Notes: generated by a model not told the origin, from the letters alone. 53,286 nt of DNA, filler included, from Limisphaerales bacterium (GCA_044225505.1; 2 parts of 2 records of this genome joined end to end with filler, not necessarily neighbours in it), one strand, 5' to 3'; positions 18,274 through 28,614 are shown, counted from the first letter of the whole stretch. Numbers and translations are program-made.

Positions 18274-21200
18274 ATCCTATCGTCCCGTTTTCCCCAAAGA
18301 CGCTAAGGCTCCCCAAGCTGGCTTCGTCTCGGCCAAACTCAAGTCCAGGTTACGTCGAATTGCACGCCCGAAGCGCCTTTAGTTTTCTTAGGGCCGCTTC
18401 CGTGCCTGAACAATTAGTGGAACGTGCTCGCGAATTGAGTTTCGCCAGCCTGGCAGTTTGCGATCGAATGGGCGTTTACGGAGCTCCTCGTTTCTTCGCG
18501 GCGGCTCGAGCCCAAAACTTGCGCCCGATTGTCGGTGCGGAACTGACCCTATCGGATGGGAGCATTCTGCCCGTCCTGGTGCGGACTCGCGCAGGATATC
18601 GTAATCTCTGCCAACTTTTGACTCGCGCCCATTTGCGGGCTCCGAAAGGCGAAGGGGTGGTGCATTGGGAAGATTTGCCGGAGTTTGCAGCTGGGTTAGT
18701 TGCTCTGACCGGGGATGAAGAAGGACCTCTGTGCCGCGCCTTAATCCACAGCGAGTCTCGATCAAGAGTCCCGGCTTTGCTTCAAAGGATGCGCGACGTG
18801 TTTGGCTCCGGGAACGTATTTATTGAAATCCAACGACATTTCCTGCGCGGAGAGCGATCGATCAACCAACAGTTGGTTCAACTCGCACGGTCGAGCGGAT
18901 TACCGTTGCTCGCCACCAATGGGGTGCTCCACGCCACAGCGCTCGGCCGGCAGGCACTGGACGTCTTTACCTGCTTGCGGCATCACACGCACCTGGACGC
19001 GGCCGGCAAGCTTCTTTGCGCCAATGCCGAGCGCCATCTGAAAGCGTCCGCCGAAATGGTGGAGCTTTTTGCGGATCTCCCCGAAGCCACAGCTCAAACC
19101 GTGCGCTTGGCGGATGAACTCGAATTCAGCCTGGCGGACCTAGGTTACCAATTTCCCAAGTATCCCGTGGGGCCAGGCGAAACGATGGAAAGCGTGCTCC
19201 GAGCTCAAACCTATGCGGGAGCTCAGCGACGTTACGGAAGTCGCATTCCCGAATCCGTGCGCCAACTGTTGGAGAAAGAACTGACGTTGATTAACAAGCT
19301 GGGGTTCGCCGGATACTTTCTGATCGTCGCGGATCTGGTCAAGTTCTGCCACGACCAAGAGATTATGGTGCAAGGGCGTGGCAGTGCGGCCAATAGTGCG
19401 GTCTGTTTTTGCCTGCAGATCACCGCGGTAGACCCCGTGAAATTCAATGTGCTCTTTGAACGTTTCTTAAGCGAAGGGCGTAAAGGCTGGCCAGACATCG
19501 ATCTGGACTTGCCGAGCGGCGACCGTCGCGAACGTGTGATTCAGGAGGTTTATCGCCGCTACGGCAAGCATGGAGCCGCGATGACTGCCACCGTCATTAG
19601 TTACCGGGGACGGAGTGCCGCCCGGGAGATTGGCAAAATCCTAAATCTTCCCGCCGATATTATCGACCGGATCTGCAGCTTGATCGGTCATTTCGAATAT
19701 CCAGAACCGCTTGACCTTCTCAACACGCTCCAGAAAGCCGGGTTACCTGCAACGCATCCACGCACCCGATCCTTCGTTTCGCTGTACCTTCAACTTGCCA
19801 GTTTGCCGCGGCATTTGGGCCAGCATACCGGAGGCATGATCATTTGCCAGGATCAGCTCAATTCCATCGTCCCTCTGGAGAATGCGTCGATGCCCGGACG
19901 GGTCGTGGCGCAATGGGACAAAGACGATTGCGAAGACTTGGGCATTATCAAGGTCGACTTGCTCGGTTTGGGAATGATGTCTGTCCTCCAGGACACTCTT
20001 CGACTGACCGCGGAACGGGGGCATCCCGTCGACATCGCGCAATTGCCCGAAAAAGATCCTCAGACTTTTGCCTTATTGCAGCGCGCGGATACAGTAGGAG
20101 TCTTCCAAGTCGAAAGCCGCGCTCAGATGGCCACCCTCCCGCGAATGCGCCCCAGCTGTTTCTATGATTTGGTGATTGAAGTTGCCATTATTCGGCCCGG
20201 CCCAATTCAAGGAGATTTAGCACATCCGTTTCTCCGTCGGCGAACGGGAGACGAAGCCATCACCTATTATGATGACCGGCTCATTCCTGTCCTGCAACGG
20301 ACGTTGGGAATCCCCATGTTCCAAGAACAAATCCTCCAAATCGCCATGGTCATCGCCGGTTTTACAGGGGAAGAAGCCGAGGACCTTCGTCGAGCGTTAA
20401 GTTTTCATCGTTCCGAGGAGAAGATGCAGCGCGTCTTGGTGAAATTAAGATCGGCCATGGAACGGAACCGGGTTTCACCGGATTCCGCGGAACGCATCGC
20501 CAAGGCGGTTGGTTCATTTGCGTTGTATGGCTTCCCCGAATCCCACGCCATCAGTTTCGCGTTGTTGGCTTACGCCAGCGCCTATCTAAAAGTGCATCGG
20601 GCACCCGAATTTTTCGCTGGTTTGTTTAATAACCAGCCCATGGGATTTTATTCGCCGGCGACCCTCGTCCGCGATGCCAAACGCCATCGCGTGCAGATCC
20701 GTCCGGTTTGTGTTGTCCGTTCAAATTGGGAATGCGTGCTCGAACCGGACGATTCCATACGCCTGGGATTACTCCAAGTGCAAGGGATGCGCCGGGAACC
20801 AGCCTTGGCCATGTTAGAAGAACGAGCGCGACGACCCTTTGCTTCCGTGGATGATTTCAAAGCCCGCACTCATTTCTGCAAAGCCGAATTGCGCACACTC
20901 GCGGAGATCGGAGCGTTGAACAGTTTCGCAGCCCATCGGCGAGCCGCTCTCTGGGAGGTGGAACCACCGCATCGCCCGATAGATTTACTGACCGAAGAGG
21001 CACGTCTTCATGAGTCCGCCGTTCCCTTGCGGCCGATGGACGCTCAAGAGCGTATGCGAGCGGACTACCAAGGGCTCCACCTCTCGACCGGTCCTCATCC
21101 CATGGCCTTGATCCGTCCGCAATTACAGCGTGTCTGGCGGGCCACCGACCTGGCGCAGGTGCCGGATGGTCGAACCGTGCGAGTGGCTGGCAACGTCATC

Positions 21201-21461
21201 TGTCGGCAGCGTCCCGGCACCGCCAAAGGCGTTTGTTTCCTGAGCCTTGAAGATGAGACCGGAGTGGCCAATCTGATTGTGCCACCTGCCCTTTTCGAAA
21301 AAGAGCGGATGAAAATCACGACCGAACCGTTTCTTCTCGCTACCGGCACTGTGCAACATCGTCACAACACCACTCACGTCAGCGTCCGCAGACTGCAACG
21401 GTTGGATTACGCCCAACTCCAATCCCTCGGCAACACCTCCGCCCGCAAGAACTTCTCGTAA
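18270..21461 (+). CDS. dnaE2: Error-prone DNA polymerase III alpha subunit DnaE2 (ImuC)
   Basis: Motifs YVELHARSAFSFL (PHP), GRGSAANS, PDIDLD, KVDLLGLGM, YGFPESHA, NNQPMGFY and QRPGTAKG. Start set to TTG 18270 (TTGA overlap with the imuB stop) rather than 18048. Confidence 0.96.
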   Translation: MNPIVPFSPKTLRLPKLASSRPNSSPGYVELHARSAFSFLRAASVPEQLVERARELSFASLAVCDRMGVYGAPRFFAAARAQNLRPIVGAELTLSDGSILPVLVRTRAGYRNLCQLLTRAHLRAPKGEGVVHWEDLPEFAAGLVALTGDEEGPLCRALIHSESRSRVPALLQRMRDVFGSGNVFIEIQRHFLRGERSINQQLVQLARSSGLPLLATNGVLHATALGRQALDVFTCLRHHTHLDAAGKLLCANAERHLKASAEMVELFADLPEATAQTVRLADELEFSLADLGYQFPKYPVGPGETMESVLRAQTYAGAQRRYGSRIPESVRQLLEKELTLINKLGFAGYFLIVADLVKFCHDQEIMVQGRGSAANSAVCFCLQITAVDPVKFNVLFERFLSEGRKGWPDIDLDLPSGDRRERVIQEVYRRYGKHGAAMTATVISYRGRSAAREIGKILNLPADIIDRICSLIGHFEYPEPLDLLNTLQKAGLPATHPRTRSFVSLYLQLASLPRHLGQHTGGMIICQDQLNSIVPLENASMPGRVVAQWDKDDCEDLGIIKVDLLGLGMMSVLQDTLRLTAERGHPVDIAQLPEKDPQTFALLQRADTVGVFQVESRAQMATLPRMRPSCFYDLVIEVAIIRPGPIQGDLAHPFLRRRTGDEAITYYDDRLIPVLQRTLGIPMFQEQILQIAMVIAGFTGEEAEDLRRALSFHRSEEKMQRVLVKLRSAMERNRVSPDSAERIAKAVGSFALYGFPESHAISFALLAYASAYLKVHRAPEFFAGLFNNQPMGFYSPATLVRDAKRHRVQIRPVCVVRSNWECVLEPDDSIRLGLLQVQGMRREPALAMLEERARRPFASVDDFKARTHFCKAELRTLAEIGALNSFAAHRRAALWEVEPPHRPIDLLTEEARLHESAVPLRPMDAQERMRADYQGLHLSTGPHPMALIRPQLQRVWRATDLAQVPDGRTVRVAGNVICRQRPGTAKGVCFLSLEDETGVANLIVPPALFEKERMKITTEPFLLATGTVQHRHNTTHVSVRRLQRLDYAQLQSLGNTSARKNFS

Positions 21462-21505
21462 GTGACGATGGTTCCCTCCGGAACGCTCGATCGCAGCCGA
21501 TCCGT

Positions 21506-22267
21506 TCACCTCGTTTGGCTCAACGACCGGACTTCGTCCGCGGTCAAATGCCGATACTGACCACGAGCCAACGAACCCAAAACCAGCGCGCCGATAGCCA
21601 CGCGCACCAACCGCAGCACCCGAACGTTCAGCGCCTCCAACAAACGCCGTAAGTGCCGGTTTTTTCCCTCATCGATCCCCAGCTCCAGCCAGCTATTTCG
21701 AGTGCCTTGGCGCAACACACTCGCCTTGCGCGCAGCCAGGAAATCTCCTTCCCTCGTCTTCACACCTTCAATCAGCCGCTGGCAGAGCGTGTCCGATGCC
21801 AAACAATCGATCTGCACATGGTAAACCTTTTCCACATGAGCGGATGGCGTCAGAATCCGCTCGGCCCAGAGACTGTCGTTGGTGAAAAGAATGAGGCCCT
21901 CACTCGCTTTATCGAGGCGTCCCACCGGAGAAATCCAAGGTAACACCGCGTCCCGAAAGCATTCATAGACCGTTTCCCGCCCATCCTGATCCTCGCGGCT
22001 CGTCACCAAGCCTCGCGGTTTGTTGAGCATCAGATAAATTTTCGCCTCCGCCCGGATTGGACGACCGTCCACTTGCACGTCCGCACGCGCCAGATCCACC
22101 GGGGCTTCTGGGTCACGGCAAACACGCCCATTCACAACGACGCGCCCTTCTAAAACCAAGGCGCGGGCCTGGGCTCGAGAGCAATATCCTAACTTCGACA
22201 AGACCCGAGCTGCCCCATGTCGAGGACCTGAAGCAACCGCATCGCGTGATCGCGGGCGCGATCGCAT
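21506..22267 (-). CDS. rRNA pseudouridine synthase, RsuA/RluB/E/F family, with S4 domain
   Basis: Motifs LSKLGYCSR (S4), LNKPRG, VGRLDKASEGL (catalytic Asp) and EGKNRHLRR. Confidence 0.93.
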   Translation of the reverse strand: MRSRPRSRDAVASGPRHGAARVLSKLGYCSRAQARALVLEGRVVVNGRVCRDPEAPVDLARADVQVDGRPIRAEAKIYLMLNKPRGLVTSREDQDGRETVYECFRDAVLPWISPVGRLDKASEGLILFTNDSLWAERILTPSAHVEKVYHVQIDCLASDTLCQRLIEGVKTREGDFLAARKASVLRQGTRNSWLELGIDEGKNRHLRRLLEALNVRVLRLVRVAIGALVLGSLARGQYRHLTADEVRSLSQTR

Positions 22268-22282
22268 AAGAGATCCGAGAAC

Positions 22283-23809
22283 CTACTTGCGGTGAAAACT
22301 CTCCGCCAAGGCCACGGCCTTGAGCATGGCTTTGGACTTGTTGACTGTCTCCTGGAACTCGGCTTCCGGAGCTGAGTCATTGACCCAACCGCCCCCCGCT
22401 TGCACATACGCTTTGCCCTCCTTGATCAGCGCGGTGCGAATGGTAATGCAGCAATCGAGGTTGCCGTTGAAGGAAAAGTAGCCCACACACCCCCCATACG
22501 GCCCTCGGGCCGTCTGCTCCAACTCAGAGATGATTTGCATCGCCCGAATTTTTGGTGCGCCACTCAGAGTGCCCGCAGGAAATGTCGCGCGCATCAGGTC
22601 AAACGGAGTTTTGTCCGGCGACAAACGCCCCTCGACTTGCGACACAATATGCATCACGTGACTGTAGCGCTCAATGATCATCAAATCCTTCACCGCGACC
22701 GACGAGAATTCGCAAACTCGCCCGATATCATTCCGCGCCAGATCGACCAGCATGACATGTTCCGCCCGTTCTTTTGGGTCGGCCAACAGTTCAGCCTCAT
22801 TATCCAGATCTTCCTCGGGCGTCCGACCGCGCGGCCGGGTTCCCGCAATCGGGCGGATTTCGACCTGGCGTTCTTCGCACCGGACGTGAATTTCCGGCGA
22901 TGCTCCCACCAGGCTAAAGCCTTCCAACTCGAGCAGAAACATGTAGGGGGAAGGGTTGATCGTCCGCGCGGCGCGATAGATGTCCATGGGGGCAGCGCTC
23001 ACCAGCGTCGAAAAGCGCTGCGACCCCACCACTTGAATAATATCTCCAGCGCGGATGTACTCCTTGGCCTTGAGAACATTAGCGAGGAATTTTTCCTTGG
23101 CGACGTTGGATTGAAAGGCCACTTGCGGGACTTCCGCGGGCACGGAGACCAGGGAATGTTCCGACGGCCGCTCCAGCAGCGCGACAAGTCGATCGATCTG
23201 GCCGGTCGCCCGCTCGTACGCTGCCGCTGGGTCAGAGCCCTCCTCAATATGCGCATTGACCAAGATCGTGAGCGTTTGCGACACACGGTCAAAGATGAGT
23301 AGTTCATCCGTGATCAAGAAATACATCACCGGTGTCTTGAGCGAATCTTCCGGCGGGCGCGGAACGATCGGTTCGATATCGTGAATGAACTCGTATCCGA
23401 TAAACCCAACGGCACCCCCGGTAAACCGCGGCAAAAATGGGAGCGGCACCGGCCGATACTGCTGCAGGATTCTTTCAATGACCACCAATCCATCTCGCAC
23501 CACACTGGCCGAGCCTGGCTGGGCTTGCGGCGACACGGAAAATGACTGCCGGAGAGCGCCATGCTCGAAATACTCAATCCGCGTTCCCGTTTGCCTCACG
23601 ACTCCCCGTGGGTTTCGACCGACAAACGAGTAGCGACCGATATGCTCGCCGCCTTCGACGGATTCGAAGAGGAATGATTCGCCATGCCCACGGATCTTTT
23701 GGTATGCGGACAGGGGCGTTTCCAGATCTGCCAGCAACCGACGGGTCACAGGAATCAAATTGCCCTTAGAGGCCAGCTTCAAAAACTCGGATAAAGAAGG
23801 AGAGTTCAT
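22283..23809 (-). CDS. trpE: Anthranilate synthase component I
   Basis: Motifs DLETP, LFESVEGGE, NPSPYM, SPE, PIAGTRPRG, EHVMLVDLARND, FPAGTLSGAPK and YVQAGGG. Confidence 0.95.
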   Translation of the reverse strand: MNSPSLSEFLKLASKGNLIPVTRRLLADLETPLSAYQKIRGHGESFLFESVEGGEHIGRYSFVGRNPRGVVRQTGTRIEYFEHGALRQSFSVSPQAQPGSASVVRDGLVVIERILQQYRPVPLPFLPRFTGGAVGFIGYEFIHDIEPIVPRPPEDSLKTPVMYFLITDELLIFDRVSQTLTILVNAHIEEGSDPAAAYERATGQIDRLVALLERPSEHSLVSVPAEVPQVAFQSNVAKEKFLANVLKAKEYIRAGDIIQVVGSQRFSTLVSAAPMDIYRAARTINPSPYMFLLELEGFSLVGASPEIHVRCEERQVEIRPIAGTRPRGRTPEEDLDNEAELLADPKERAEHVMLVDLARNDIGRVCEFSSVAVKDLMIIERYSHVMHIVSQVEGRLSPDKTPFDLMRATFPAGTLSGAPKIRAMQIISELEQTARGPYGGCVGYFSFNGNLDCCITIRTALIKEGKAYVQAGGGWVNDSAPEAEFQETVNKSKAMLKAVALAESFHRK

Positions 23810-23825
23810 GAACAAGAAACGACGT

Positions 23826-24350
23826 TTAGACGGTTAACCGCCGGATACGCCAAACCGACAAGAGCGTGAAAACGGTGACGGCCAGCGCATAGGTGACAAT
23901 CCCCATCCCGACCGCAAACGGAACCAGGAACCACTGACTGAAATACATGAGCGCGAATCCAATGAACGCGACCAGCGTGGTCTGCCCGACCAAACAGAAT
24001 AGGTAAACAGACAGCGAGGCTTCTCGCAGTCGCGCCACCATCCAGGAGCGGTAAAGCTCCTCGCCCAGCGAACGCATCAGCCAGGCATTCTGCAAATTCC
24101 TTGCCGCGACCAGGTAACTCGTGGTGCTAATCACGATGGAAGGCAACGGCCAAACGGCGAAGGTCGCACAAACCACCATGTTCAACGCAATGCCACCTCG
24201 CCACCCTAGCTTCTTGGCAATCGGATTGGCCTCCAGCACCAGATTCGGCGTCGCAATCCAGGTGCTGAGAAAATCCGCTCCCCGCGCCGAGAGGAGAACG
24301 GTCAGCAAAATGAAGTAAGCTTTGCTGCCGAAAGGAACGAAGTCTTCCAT
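23826..24350 (-). CDS. Hypothetical membrane protein (DUF5658-like D..ST...EANP motif), 174 aa
   Basis: ATG at 24350 overlaps the hisI stop (TAATG); contains GADFLSTWIATPNLVLEANP and several hydrophobic helices. Confidence 0.7.
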   Translation of the reverse strand: MEDFVPFGSKAYFILLTVLLSARGADFLSTWIATPNLVLEANPIAKKLGWRGGIALNMVVCATFAVWPLPSIVISTTSYLVAARNLQNAWLMRSLGEELYRSWMVARLREASLSVYLFCLVGQTTLVAFIGFALMYFSQWFLVPFAVGMGIVTYALAVTVFTLLSVWRIRRLTV

Positions 24351-24739
24351 TACTTCTTGCCGTAAATCTGCTCCGGCGTCTCCAACTGCGGTTCGGTAAT
24401 GGACTCCGTTTGGCCATCCTTTCCGATAGAGCGAAAGAAACACGATCGGTACCCCTCGTGACAAGCCGCACCAATCTGTTCGACTTGGATCAGAAGCGTG
24501 TCGCCGTCGCAATCGAAGGCGATATCTTTAACGGCTTGCGTGTGGCCGCTGCTCTCGCCCTTCATCCAAAACTTCTGACGCGACCGGCTCCAAAAATGGG
24601 TTTTCCCCGTTTCAATCGTTTGACGCAAGGAAGCTTGATTCATCCACGCCATCATTAAGACGCGGCCGGTTCCCTGTTCCTGCACGATCGCGGGAATCAG
24701 TCCGTCACTGTTAAACTTCAAACGTTCGTAAAAGCTCAT
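24350..24739 (-). CDS. hisI: Phosphoribosyl-AMP cyclohydrolase
   Basis: Motifs [29 protein letters not shown] and [10 protein letters not shown]. Confidence 0.96.
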   Translation of the reverse strand: MSFYERLKFNSDGLIPAIVQEQGTGRVLMMAWMNQASLRQTIETGKTHFWSRSRQKFWMKGESSGHTQAVKDIAFDCDGDTLLIQVEQIGAACHEGYRSCFFRSIGKDGQTESITEPQLETPEQIYGKK

Positions 24740-24817
24740 TTGCACAATCAACCGTGATTGTTGAATAGAGCAGCGATAAATGCCAGCTTCTTATGCCGCT
24801 CATCTCCGCGCTTCTCC

Positions 24818-25666
24818 TCAAGATCCAACCCCGCGTCCGGAGGGCGCGCCTTTCTGCAGCCGACGCTCAAGATCGGCGAAGGCCCCCGCAGGTTCAACGC
24901 GCACGGCAATTCCCCGCTCGACCAGGAATTGTTTTACCTGGCCAACCGTAAATTCCCCGAAATGAAAGATGCTCGCCGCAAGCACCGCGTCCGCTCGGCC
25001 TTCTAAAAGCACCGCCGCCATGTGGTCGCATGTCCCTGCCCCGCCGCTCGCCACCACGGGAACACGAACCGCTTCACTAACACGCCGCGTGATCACCAGG
25101 TCGAAGCCCGCCTTCGTCCCATCGGCATCGATACTATTGAGGACGATTTCACCGGCGCCAAGTTCGACCGCCTGACACGCCCAAGCCACCGCTTCTAATC
25201 CGGTCGGTTTCCTTCCGCCTTGCGCGAAGACTTCCCAACGGTCCGGGGCCACTTTCTTAGCGTCTATCGAGACCACAATGCATTGACTCCCGAACTTCTC
25301 GGCCCCTTCCCGGATCAGTCCAGGATTGGCCAACGCCGCGGAGTTGATGCTCACTTTGTCGGCTCCCGCTTGCAGCATGGTTTGCATGTCTGCCACTGTG
25401 CGAACGCCGCCTCCGACCGTGAGCGGCATGAAGCAACGTTCCGCGACGCGCTTGATAACATCCACCATGGTGCTCCGGCCATGGGCGCTCGCGGTGATAT
25501 CGAAGAAGACCATTTCATCCGCCCCCTGCTCGTTATAACGCACCGCCAATTCGACCGGGTCTCCCACGTTCCGCAATTCGCCAGCTTCCGCTTTGCCGAA
25601 TTGCACGCCGCGGGTGACTTGGCCGGCATGGACGTCCAGGCACGGAATGACGCGTTTGGCGAGCAT
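24818..25666 (-). CDS. hisF: Imidazole glycerol phosphate synthase subunit HisF
   Basis: Motifs [59 protein letters not shown] and AASIFH. Confidence 0.97.
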   Translation of the reverse strand: MLAKRVIPCLDVHAGQVTRGVQFGKAEAGELRNVGDPVELAVRYNEQGADEMVFFDITASAHGRSTMVDVIKRVAERCFMPLTVGGGVRTVADMQTMLQAGADKVSINSAALANPGLIREGAEKFGSQCIVVSIDAKKVAPDRWEVFAQGGRKPTGLEAVAWACQAVELGAGEIVLNSIDADGTKAGFDLVITRRVSEAVRVPVVASGGAGTCDHMAAVLLEGRADAVLAASIFHFGEFTVGQVKQFLVERGIAVRVEPAGAFADLERRLQKGAPSGRGVGS

Positions 25667-25673
25667 CCCGGGA

Positions 25674-25702
25674 ATCGTGCTTGGTCACCGTTCCAGTGGC
25701 AA
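25674..25702 (-). promoter_or_regulatory. Putative sigma70 promoter TTGCCA-N17-CACGAT, 7 nt upstream of the hisF ATG (leaderless geometry)
   Basis: The minus strand reads TTGCCA ctggaacggtgaccaag CACGAT tcccggg ATG; no Shine-Dalgarno sequence. Confidence 0.5.
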
Positions 25703-26023
25703 GTCTCGAAACACGGGACTGCGGGGCACGACTCTCGATCCCGCCAACGGTGACGTTTGACTGCCGCAACTGGAACCAGGGACGGCAACACCGCCCAGAC
25801 CGCACAGCGGTGCCGCCGGAACAAAGCGCAGATGGACGCAAACCCACCCAGCTTGAAAACTTAAACTCGTCCAATAACGTCCCCGATGGGATTTGCAATA
25901 CCGATCCAGAAAGGCTACAAGATCTACGCTCCACTTGCAGATCAAAGTCTTATGACAGAAACGAGGGACAGATCTGAGGCGCTGATAGACAACGGCTCGT
26001 CGTGTAAACAGGGTAAACCCAGA

Positions 26024-26455
26024 ATGCGCTTGGTCATCACAAGCTCGGTAGTGCTTGGCATCGTTTGGAATCTCATTGCGGTGTCTCTGTTGGGCGGAAA
26101 CATCCGCGAAGCCTTTGCGCCGGCGTGGCTGTTGGCAGGCGCTCTCGCCGGTATTGCCGCAGGCCGCTTCACCATTTGGTCACGAGAGCGCCGTTCCGGG
26201 AGAGAAAGTTTTCTTTTTGGAGTTGGCACATATTACCTGGGCATCCTTGTTTACTGGATAGGTATCGTTGTCATCCAACGAGTGATTCTGTGCGCCGAGC
26301 ACGGCGGGTGGACCGATTTCGACCTGCACGACCATATGAAGCTGATCGTCTTCTTCACCGTTTACGGCACGTTGTGGTTCGGGATCATTCTGATTCCTCT
26401 CGCGTTTCTCTCGCGCCATCTGCTTTGGAAAATATATAACTGGCCCAGGGCCTAG
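26024..26455 (+). CDS. Hypothetical 4-TM membrane protein, 143 aa
   Basis: Four hydrophobic segments starting at MRLVITSSVVLG. The longer 25886 start adds sequence with no protein-like features. Confidence 0.65.
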   Translation: MRLVITSSVVLGIVWNLIAVSLLGGNIREAFAPAWLLAGALAGIAAGRFTIWSRERRSGRESFLFGVGTYYLGILVYWIGIVVIQRVILCAEHGGWTDFDLHDHMKLIVFFTVYGTLWFGIILIPLAFLSRHLLWKIYNWPRA

Positions 26456-26703
26456 CAATCGGGTGGGGCAGAACCGCCGCCCCGTGCTGCGGTTTCCAAG
26501 CCGCACTGGTAATCAGGACACGCATGCTGCTTGAGGACAACTGACAGTCAACTGTCGCCTAAGCATACTTCTATCGTTCACCTGCGTGCGAATGAAATGG
26601 CTTTGCGGAACAGCCTTCGCCCCGCTTTTCGGGTCTGTTTTTAGCCCGTAAGCCACACCGCTTTCCGACAACACCCACATTTCATCACTTACCTCGGTAC
26701 TCT

Positions 26704-26803
26704 NNNNNNNNNNNNNNNNNNNNNNNNNNNNNNNNNNNNNNNNNNNNTTAATTAATTAANNNNNNNNNNNNNNNNNNNNNNNNNNNNNNNNNNNNNNNNN
26801 NNN
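26704..26803. other. Artificial contig/scaffold spacer: 44 N + TTAATTAATTAA + 44 N
   Basis: Exactly 100 bp; the central 12-mer places stop codons in all six frames, as used when concatenating contigs. Confidence 0.95.
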
Positions 26804-27871
26804 TGCTTGGATCACAAAGGCCTTGAGGCGGTGGTGATCTGCACCGCTGACCATTCTCACGCTTTCATTGCCAATTGGGCAATGAACCGGGGTCTCCACG
26901 TTTACTGCGAAAAACCTCTTGCGAACTGCGTGGAAGAAGCGCGCGTCGTGCGAGCAACCTACCTAAAGAACAAGAACAAACTAGCCACCCAGGTTGGAAC
27001 CCAACGCCACGAACACGAAAACTTCAGTCGCGTTCGAGAATTAGTTCAGGACGGCGCGATTGGCGAACTGAAAGAAGCGGTCGCGTGGGGCAACCGTCAA
27101 CTGCCCAAACGTGGTTATCTTCCCGCGGAGGGCGAGCCGCCCAAGGGATTTCACTGGGATTTGTGGCTTGGTCCGTCTCCGTATCATCCGTGGAACCCGG
27201 CTTACTTTGCGGGCGGTCCCGGCATGAACTGTTTGTCCTGGAATATGTTTTGGGATTTCGGAAGCGGCCAGGTCGGCGACATGGGCAGCCACACCATGGA
27301 CCTGGTCTGGAACGCGATCGATGCCACCTTGCCCACGGCCGCCGAAGGCAAAGGAGAGCCATTCAATCCTGAGGTCAGTCCAGTCCTCCTGGAAACGCAT
27401 TTCGATTTCCCGGCCAACGATTGGCGACCAGGAATCCGCGTGGGTTGGTACCAGGGAGGCGTCATGCCCGAGTCTCCCTCGCGTTATCTCGATCTGAATA
27501 AGATCGATCATGGAGCGATGTTTGAAGGATCCAAAGGTGTCCTCGTAACCGACTTCACCACCCGTGCGTTGCTTCCAAACCGTGCCGGGTCAGACATGAC
27601 GTATTATAAACCGCGGGGCAAAGAGGCGATCATTCCCCCCATGGGCAATTTCCAGAAGCAATGGATCAAAGCTTGCAAGGGCGATTTGAAGACCGCCTGT
27701 AACTTTGAATATGCCGGCAACATGATTGAAACAATGCTGCTTGGGCTGGTCGCCTATCGTGTTGGGAAGAAAATCCAGTATGACGCCGCTGCCGGACGAG
27801 TCACAGACAATGCGGACGCCGACGCGTTGTTGAAGCGGACCTACCGCCCGGGTTGGACGCTTAACGGTTAG
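26804..27871 (+). CDS. Gfo/Idh/MocA family oxidoreductase, 5'-truncated by the gap
   Basis: Motifs AVVICTADHSH, HVYCEKPL, TQVGTQ, WDLWLGP and GDMGSHTMD; the N-terminal part of the Rossmann fold is missing. Confidence 0.92.
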   Translation, partial: CLDHKGLEAVVICTADHSHAFIANWAMNRGLHVYCEKPLANCVEEARVVRATYLKNKNKLATQVGTQRHEHENFSRVRELVQDGAIGELKEAVAWGNRQLPKRGYLPAEGEPPKGFHWDLWLGPSPYHPWNPAYFAGGPGMNCLSWNMFWDFGSGQVGDMGSHTMDLVWNAIDATLPTAAEGKGEPFNPEVSPVLLETHFDFPANDWRPGIRVGWYQGGVMPESPSRYLDLNKIDHGAMFEGSKGVLVTDFTTRALLPNRAGSDMTYYKPRGKEAIIPPMGNFQKQWIKACKGDLKTACNFEYAGNMIETMLLGLVAYRVGKKIQYDAAAGRVTDNADADALLKRTYRPGWTLNG

Positions 27872-27906
27872 GATTCTGACGCAGCGCGGGCGAAAGCGAC
27901 TTTGCA

Positions 27907-27937
27907 GCCCCTCCGCGAGAGCGCCTCGCGGAGGGGC
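27907..27937. terminator. GC-rich 13-bp perfect hairpin between convergent genes (possible bidirectional terminator)
   Basis: GCCCCTCCGCGAG-agcgc-CTCGCGGAGGGGC; no clear U-tract. Confidence 0.5.
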
Positions 27938-27959
27938 CAGCGGCTTCCTCCGCTGCGAC

Positions 27960-28607
27960 TCACAGCGCTCTCAGAATCGCCCGAGCCGGTGCGCCATCGC
28001 TCCCGCGAATCTTCAACGGCAAACAGACCAATTCGTAATCGCCCGGCTCAATCGCAGACAGGTTGAGTCCTTCAATGACCCAAACGCCGGCGCCCAGGAG
28101 AATCTGATGCGTTTCGACGCCATCTTTAAAGAACCCGCCGATCGAGAGATAGTCGACACCTACTGTCTGGATTTGGTGCTCCACCAACCAACGAGCGCCT
28201 TCCTTGGAGATATAAACGAAATCTTCGACAAAATCCGACCGGCCCCAAGCATTCGTCGAGTTCGACGTCTTAAATAAGACCCGATCCCCGCCCTTGAGGC
28301 CTTGTCCTTCGAGTTCGGCAGGGCTAATCGCGACCGGATCGTGGATGGCAACGACTCGACAGGGGCCAATGACGGCGTCTAACGGAAGCTCATCCATCCC
28401 CATTCCATCTCGAATGAAGTGTTTCGGAGCATCCATATGAGTGCCGATGTGTGCGCTGGTGGACAACGCTGTCAGGTTGCACACGTCTCCGCGATCCAAG
28501 CTCCGAACCCGTTCTGCTCGAAACTCCGGGTCGCCTGGCCAATGGGCCATGCCTGGGTAAAGAGGGACGGAGATATCCATCCAGCCGTTGGGATGAGCCG
28601 GTTTCAT
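27960..28607 (-). CDS. Cyclase family metal-dependent hydrolase (KynB/arylformamidase-like)
   Basis: Motifs DISVPL, WPGDP, HIGTHMDAPKH, GVDYLS, H..LL, IEGLNL and DGAPARAI. Confidence 0.92.
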   Translation of the reverse strand: MKPAHPNGWMDISVPLYPGMAHWPGDPEFRAERVRSLDRGDVCNLTALSTSAHIGTHMDAPKHFIRDGMGMDELPLDAVIGPCRVVAIHDPVAISPAELEGQGLKGGDRVLFKTSNSTNAWGRSDFVEDFVYISKEGARWLVEHQIQTVGVDYLSIGGFFKDGVETHQILLGAGVWVIEGLNLSAIEPGDYELVCLPLKIRGSDGAPARAILRAL

Positions 28608-28614
28608 GCGAAAA

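Noticed and set aside
24818..24895. C-terminal extension of HisF as a fused domain
   Set aside because: Only ~25 low-complexity residues; most simply a shifted stop codon.
26748..26759. TTAATTAATTAA palindrome as a biological site
   Set aside because: It is embedded symmetrically in Ns and is a six-frame-stop linker.
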